64,000 bases of DNA from the human T2T-CHM13v2.0 reference genome, Homo sapiens. Positions within the stretch are counted from its first letter, which is position 1. Each line of letters opens with the position of its first letter. The translations under genes and the position numbers were made by a program. The stretch lies in assembly GCF_009914755.1 (NCBI RefSeq), contig NC_060926.1. The stretch is one strand, 5' to 3'. The notes beneath the pieces were generated by a model. It searched no databases, was not told the DNA's origin, and saw only the letters and a program-made list of their open reading frames with translations. This document shows, one piece after another, positions 56,185-64,000 of the stretch.

Positions 56185-56640
56185 GCAGCAAGAGAGTAGC
56201 AGCTAAGAGCATAGACTAAGTGCTTCCACTGGGTGGAGCATGACCAGTGCATTCACAAGACGGGAATGTTCGGTAGACTTGCTGCCGGCCATGTGTGTGG
56301 CTTCTGAGCACATGTGGCTGGTGTGAATTTTAAATTTTATTTAATTTAAATTAAATTTAAATAGCTACACATGGCTTGTGATGACTGTGTTAGACAGCAC
56401 AGGATAGACTTAGAAGCTAGACTACTTGGGTTCAAATTCCAGCTTCACTATCGTTTACCTCTGTGACCTTGGACAACATTCCCTGAGCGCTTTATGCCAC
56501 AGTTTTCTCATTTGTAAAGTGATAAAAAGATAATAGTGCCTACCTCAAAAAAGGTTATTTTGAGGATTAAATGAGTTAATATTTGTAAAGGGCTTAGACC
56601 TGGGCACATAGTAAAAGCTATATCAGTGTTTCCTAAATAA
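56185..56640 (+). mobile_element. MIR interrupted by a MER3-like MITE (56218-56402)
   Basis: The MIR resumes after the insertion (ctagactacttgggttcaaattcc...gtgaccttggacaa). 8-bp TSD catagact (56210-56217) / gatagact (56403-56410). Confidence 0.7.
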
Positions 56641-58528
56641 CGCAACTATATATACATCCCTAAAGTGAAAAATTGAACCTAGATCCATACTATATTTTTT
56701 TTCAAGAAGCTCCCATGCATCCATTGTCAATGCATTTTTCTTAAACACCCCTTAAATATTGGGGAAAGCAGAAAAGTCATTTATTTGATAAATATGTCTG
56801 GAGCCCGTACTTTATGCCAAATGCTGTGTTGGGTGCTGGAGATACATGTGTTGGTGCATAGAGACTTGATTCATCCTAATAAAAGGGTAACGGTCCCGCA
56901 GTGTTTTCACCTAGTGGTTAAGGAACTTTATAATACGAAGGGACTTTAAAAGTAGGGTAAAGGTGTAGATGTAGACGGAGAAACCCAGGAGACTTTGCAT
57001 TTGCTCCTAGTCAGCTGGCTGGGACTTCACCCTTCACCTCCTGTTGGCTCATGCTTTTCCCTTTGCACCTGTGGAGCACAGGTGTGTCCTGAGGCCCTCA
57101 CCAGCCATGCAGAAGCCTTCAGGTAGGGTTAACATTTGCCCACTTCTGGAAGGGATCGATCTGTTCTCAGATGACAGTGATAATTCTTGGCCTATTTTGA
57201 CTCAATAGTGGCAATATTAGTAGTTTTTTTGTATTTGTTTTAATTTTTTTCTCCTTATTTAAGGAAAAGTTGGAAACTAATGTTGCTTCCTCCATTTTTT
57301 TTGTTTGTTTAAACTTTGCTGGTTCATGAGATTGAAAAGTCTGTGCTTAGACCATACCACCCGATGCAGTTTGTGTAAGCCTTAAAAAATAAATATTTCA
57401 GCCCCAACATTCATGTAGTACTAAAAGTGAGAGGCTTTTGAACCATAACTGATTTGACAAGAAATGGACATAATGGAGGAAGGTGACTGGTTGTTTGCGT
57501 GTTGATTTGCTTTCAGCACTTGCTAAAACGTGGAGCCAAGGGGAGAGAATCCACCAGGTTGCTTTACATGTGAAAAATATTAAAATGTCAGCACAGCCCA
57601 GCCACTGACATAAGAAAAACCGTTTCACAGTTAAGTCTCTAAATAATGTCCTAAAAACACAACATTTGTAATTATCTAATTAATAAAGGATACAGGTAAT
57701 AGAAGTAATATGGAAGGCATTTTCTGGTAGATAAAGCTTCAGAAACCTTCACATCTGCACATGATTATGAAGCCCCTGTTATTACTTTGCTTTCCCCCTT
57801 CCTTTAGCCCATGTTTCTCACTATGAACTAATAGTACATAATAATAAAACCCTGGATGTCAGCCAACACAGAGTTTTGGCTAACTTTTCCAGTGTTTGTT
57901 AAAGTTGAAAAAGCATTGCAGCTGTTATGCTGGGTACTTTCCAATGGAGGATGTGTTTTCCAGATGAAGGCGCAAATGGTAATTGAAATGTAATCAGTAT
58001 TTTTGGCATCTTGGAATTATAATTCTTTTTACGTTTGTAATGTTAATTGTTCATTTCTTAGGATTTGTTTTGTGTTTTTCTGTGATCTGTAATCTACTAA
58101 AAGTGAGAGAATGAACAAATGTTTTAGGCGGTTTTTCATTCTTTGAAAGAAAAATGGCAAGTAGTCACGTTTGTTAGGTGATGGCTTATTTTAAATAATC
58201 ACAAAATTTATGTTTGAGACATTTTATTGTAAGACTCATGTTTCAGGCAACAGAAAACAGAAAATCTAAATCTCAAATACAACAAAATTTTAGAGATGAA
58301 TGGAAACTTCTAGATCACTTGGATAGGCTGAAGACTCAGTGGGCCTCAGGTGTTCCCAGGACCAGGCTGCTGGAGATGTCCCTTTCTTTGAGAGATTTGT
58401 TCTGTTTTTTTTTCATCTCGATCCACTGTGTTAAGGAGGGGTGGGGTGTGTCTGCTGATGGTTTTATTGGTATTTGAGGTTTCTAAAGTTTTTTGTTTAA
58501 GCTAGAAAGAGCTCTAGCTGATTAGTAG

Positions 58529-58901
<373 letters not shown>

Positions 58902-61900
58902 TAAATCACAGTATCTCCACAGGTGACAGTGATGTGCAGCCAAGAACAGTGTTCCTTTCCAGTCCTCTCTTTATAGACGAGGAAATTGAGGCCCTGAGCA
59001 GCTAGATGACTTGTCCAAAGTCCTCTGCTGGGACTGACCCAAATAAGGAATGGCTGATTTCTGGAAGGGATGTCAGATTCTCTGATTACAGATCTCTCGT
59101 GATCTTCTCTCGGGGCTCGTGGACTGTCCTGTCAACAGTCAGGCTAGGCAGCTGCAGAGAGCAGGACTCTGGGGTCCCCAGTGAGGAGGAAGCAAAGAGT
59201 CCTCATCTTCCTGTCCCCTTTACCCGAGTAGAAATTGCCCTTCCTTATCCCACATGAGCTACCAGAGGCATGATAAACTGCCTCTGGGGCTTTTTGGCTC
59301 TTTGGCTCTTTTTTTTTCTTTTTTATTCCTTTAGAAAGAAATAGGTTTGTAATTAGCTAACTAAGACTGACAAATACCAGACCAGTTGCTATATATTACA
59401 AAGGAGCTTCTTGAATAGCTGGTCACTTCTGCATATTGTAGAAACCTTCCTTCTCCCTTTTAGGGAACACTACACATTATTTAGGTACAGTGTTAGGGAT
59501 AACTGATCATTTCTAATGCTGTGTATATCCATTAAGGGTAATTTAAAGCAATTAAATGCTAACCTGGCTGGACAGCCAGGTGTAGGTTTGTGGCATCCAG
59601 AAAGAGGAGATGGACTTGGTGGATTCTGAATTGGTCAGTTCCACCTCTTCGTGTTTTGGAGGCTTTGTCTCGTTACTTGCTCACCTTTCTGCTCAGTGCT
59701 CCTTGACATGGCGGGTCAGGTTGATGGGAGGTGGTACCTGGATGCCCTTTGCTGGCACTGGGCACTGCACCGGAGAGTTACCACCCCTGCCTGGGGATGG
59801 AGCCTCTCTGGGGAGAGGACAGTGCAAAGGTGGGGGACTGGGGAGTTGTGAGAAGTGGGAGCTAGAATATGGAGCAACTAGTGTGTATAGAGACTTCGTG
59901 AGAAAAGCTCGATCACGTTTTGGTAAGTATTTGCAGCTCCCTGAAAATTTGTGTTGGGAGGTGATCATTAGCATCTTCTGGAATATTTGCGCTAAAGCAA
60001 GACTAGATTAAGGAGCTTTGGTTCATTTCCAGACCTGTCCTGACAGCATCACTCTCCAAATGCTAAACTCTGAGAGAGAGAGTATGTGTATTTTTCTTTT
60101 CAGGATGTCAGTCAAATAATTCACTCATTCCTTTCCCCAAACACACTGGCCTTTGAAATGACACCCTACCCCTGCCAATAGTGAGACTGTGGTTCTGATC
60201 GGGGAGCTGGCGAGTTTCTGCTTTCTAGCCCCAAAGGCCTCACCCTTGCTCTCATCTGGAAGCTGATGGGAAGGTTTGTTAGTCTTCTCAGGAGCCTGTC
60301 ACAGGACCTCAGGAACGTAGCCTGTAGTGGGCAGCTGGCATCAATTTAGTGCTGTGGGGATGGCAGGCTGTCAGAGTGGTTGCACTTTACCTGCACGCCC
60401 CCCAACCCAGCCCTCTGTGAAGGGTTGGTTTACATCAGGGATGGCTGCTCCTGACATAATTGTCTATTTCCGGCAACAGAGGAAGATACCTTCTGCCATT
60501 TAGAGAAGAGAAATAAATATTCACTTCAGAGAATACACTTTGAAGTGGGGCTGTGTGTGCATGGGTGACAGCTCCCTGCCTACTTTTCCTGCAAGGTTCT
60601 TGTACATCAGGAAAGGTTAATGGACTTCCCTTGAAGTCAGACAGAGATGTGTTCATGGAAAATCCAAGTGCAAAACCAAGGGCAAACTCTGGCTTTCCTG
60701 GGGGTTTTTTTGTTGTTGTTTCTCCTTTTAGAATGGACAGTGAAAGCAAGGTGAAGGGCTTCATTATTCCTCTTTTGTAAAGCCTGTTGAGCAGGAACCT
60801 TCTGGAGCTTCTAGATGGAGGTTCCTGGAGATTGTGTGAGTGGTGAGCAGTCTGGTTGAAGAGGGCCAGTGTTTGTTGGCTTTGCCCTCATTGTGTCAGG
60901 AATGAGCTCTGCACGGACTCAGAGAGCTAACAGATCAGCTAGGGTACCTCAGAGAAGAATGCACTCGAGGCTACTGCCATGTTCCCTCTGTGGTCATGAG
61001 GAAAGGAGAACTACCTGTGTGGCTTGGGGGCTTCCCTGACATAGTAATCACATTGGATTTTACAACTGGGTACATTCTTAGCCTTCAGTTTGGTGATCCC
61101 TGTGTTTAAAAAGAAAATCCTTTTGTTGTGTGGAGGTTAATCTGCTGAGCTTATTTTTGGTCATCCATTCTCACCTGCCCCACGACACTGGTCACTGGTG
61201 TCTCCATGCTGATATATTATGCTCAGCTTTTTTGCATGCTCCGCATGGAGATATGAACACAATTCTCATGGGAACTTGGCCCATCTTTCAGCACACTATG
61301 TCAGCCAGTTGCTGCCTTCCTGTTCATGGAGGACTAGGCGTAGTGTGGGGGTCTCATTGCTCATCTGGTTAGTGGCTTTGCAGTCAGAGCAAGCTGAGGG
61401 AACAGTGCCCCCTACCTGTCTGTTCTCCTGCAGGCCCAGTGTGGGAACAAGATGCTCTTCAGAGAAATCTCTTTGACACTGGCTGTCTCACCCAGCACCT
61501 ACACTCTTGAAAATCTGAGGGCCTTAGCAGAATTTGAAAGTGTCCAAGGGTTAGAAATGAGAAGTCTCCATGAGCATGAAAGCGACCATCCTTGTAGGTC
61601 ATTATTTTGATCCATGCTCTCATCACTGGTTTCACAAACAGGCCTTTCCTTTCTAGTCTTTGAACATACCAACTCTTTTCGAGTAACACAGCAATATTAA
61701 AAACATATACCCATTGCCAAAAAGCAAAACCAACCCACTTCTGGCTGAGAAACTGCTGAATACATAACTATTCATCCCTCAGTAGCTGAGTGTGGTTACA
61801 ATGAATGGCTTTCCCATATTTTCTTGATGCTTCTAAATGTATGGGTTCACTTTTGGGGGGAATATTTTGGTGCTGTCATAATCTATATATGGAAGATGTT

Positions 61901-62418
61901 AAGGATATTTCCAGGAACTGCATTAAAACAGCCATAACAAACCATATTCTGCAGCCTTCAGGTGTAGTATTTTGATTGCTTGGTTTGGTTTATCACCAAC
62001 TACTCTTCTGAGTATCCCCCACACTATATTAGGAATTTGTTACAATATGACTAATGCTGAATATGTGTGCATTGATTTTTAAGTGCACTGGGTGGGACTG
62101 ACTTGTTCAAATCTCCGTTAAAGCAAATGTCTGATTAGGAGAAAAGTAAGGGAGTAATTTGTTAGGAAAACTACTTTCTGAGGTGCCCCCACCTCCCCTC
62201 CTTCCAACCTGAAGAGGCAGAGAGGTTTGTGTAAACAAAGGTCCTGCAAGGCACAGCTGTTTTACATTCTGATGTTCTATGACTTTCTTAAATAAAAACC
62301 TTTTGGATTTTCATATCTATTTAGCTAGTAGGAATATTTCCTCCTTTTTCGGAGAATAAAATCCTAGACTTAAGGATATTCCTTGGGTGACTGAGAAGTC
62401 ATACCAGCCTAAGCAGTA

Positions 62419-62753
62419 CAGCTGGCCCCCTGTATCCATGGCTTCTGCATCTGTGAATTCAACCAACCATGGATAGAAAATATTTGGGAAAAAAAATCCA
62501 CAAAGTTCGAAAAAGCAGAAGCACGATTTGCTGCTTACTGAGAACTGCATTGAATCCATGTGAGTAAGGTGATGTGTAGGCGTTGTATTAGGAATTATAA
62601 GTAATCTTTAGGTGATTTAAAGTATTTGAGAGGATGTGTGTCGGTTTTATACAAATACTACACCATTTTATATAAGGGACCTGAGCGTCCATGGATTTTG
62701 GTATTCATAAGAGGTCCTGGAACCAATTGCCCATGGGTAGTGAGGGATGACTG
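62419..62753. mobile_element. MER2 (TcMar-Tigger) MITE
   Basis: TIRs cagctggccccctgtatccatgg ... ccatgggtagtgagggatgactg, flanked by TA on both sides. Confidence 0.85.
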
Positions 62754-63854
62754 TATTTTCTAATTAAAAGGTTTTTTTTTTAATAAGCAAATGTTTTACT
62801 TAGTACCTTATAATATTTTAAAAAGCGTAAAATTCCCAAATAAAGTAATTGGTTTAGTGATAAATATTTCCAGTGGCGTACTTAAAATGAATGTTTTCAT
62901 CAGAATGCAGAAGCTGTTTTGAGAACTTTTTGCTCATTATTTTCAGTGGGGTTGTGAAATCCAATGAAAACGTGTATAAATGTTTGTAGAAGAATACTTT
63001 GTTTATAGAGTGCAAATATTTTCTTGATATGACAACACCCCAAACAAAGAATGGTTACAATTAAAGTAATGGTGATTCAGTTAAACATAGAGCTGGAAAA
63101 GCCATTATTTTGAAATATCTTCTGAGCCTCATTGAAGAGAGAGTGTCTTACACACCTTGGGAACCAAGTTTTGCATATTATAGTATTACCACATTGTATT
63201 CGATCACAAGAATGGTGTGAATACTTGGTGGTTAAACAAATTATTGATGCTTGTTAGTTGGATGAGATCTTGGAATGCATGCATCCCGGCTTCCCACACA
63301 GTACTCAGTTCTTTCTGTAGCTATCCTGTTGAATATATGGAGAGTACAGTATACTTTCAGGCAAGATGGTCATTTAACAGGTCATTATTTAAACATTGTT
63401 TCAGTGTGTGCTGTGAAAACAACAACAATAACAACAACAAATCGAATACCTCTCTGCTCTCTGCATTTTTGGAGCGCTCTAGCTGTTAGAAAGTACCTCC
63501 TAACCCCTAGCCACTGTGAAGTTGTTGCTCCCTGCCTGCTGGGAAATCTGTGCCAGCTCTCCCAGGAAGGCTCCTGAAGCTGCCTGCACATACCTGCCAG
63601 GTGTGTCTCCTGGACTTTTCCCCAGGGGTCCTAGCTCCTGGGCTGGGTCTCCTAGGTGTCTTACAGCCTGGCTGCCCCTTCTGGACACTCTTGGCTTGGT
63701 CAGTACCTGGGGTGATTTAACTTGGCGTCTAACAGTGAAGCTTCCTTTAGTTGTATCTTCTGCTGTTGCTTCACATTGAGCTTGCCACGTTTTCCTTGAA
63801 TTGCTGTCAGTTTTTCTCTCTTCCAACCTTGGGAACTTTATTTTTAAAAATCTG

Positions 63855-64000
63855 GGCCAGGCGCGGTGGCTCACGCCTGTAATCCCAGCACTTTGGGAGG
63901 CTGAGGCGGGCGGATCTCGAGGTCAGGAGATCGAGACCATCCTGGCTAACACGGTGAAACCCCATCTCTACTAAAAAAACAAAAAATTAGCTGGGCGAGG
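63855..64000 (+). mobile_element. AluY, truncated by window end
   Basis: gagatcgagaccatcctggctaacacggtg. Confidence 0.9.

Noticed and set aside
58214-58477. 87-aa ORF as a possible internal exon
   Set aside because: Non-ATG start, no convincing polypyrimidine acceptor/donor pair, and the sequence looks like a decayed MaLR fragment.

Overview
Primate DNA, almost certainly human or another great ape, because it carries an SVA and AluY elements. The window is Alu-dense and mostly non-coding. About 13.5 kb of repeat-rich upstream sequence is followed by a ~2.7 kb CpG-island promoter (13.5-16.3 kb) with a likely non-coding first exon on + that ends at a GAG|GTAGGT donor (14710/14711). The remaining ~49 kb looks like intron 1. 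The exon resembles the PPFIBP1 5' end, but this is from memory and unverified. No intact protein-coding exon is supportable: the listed ORFs are Alu-, L1-, SVA- or GC-derived, or fragments of the pseudogene below. The main structure is a disabled C9orf85 processed pseudogene (+, ~42.5-45.5 kb) split by a full-length sense SVA (43101-44727). Several DNA-repair or retrotransposition scars are directly visible: perfect fold-back hairpins at the same site of two Alus, a 25-bp templated copy from a MIR into an L1, a candidate twin-priming micro-inversion, Alu-in-Alu nesting, and a MER53 hairpin resembling miR-1302. I see no evidence of a new multi-gene system. Repeat subfamily names come from recalled consensus sequences, and old-repeat boundaries are approximate.
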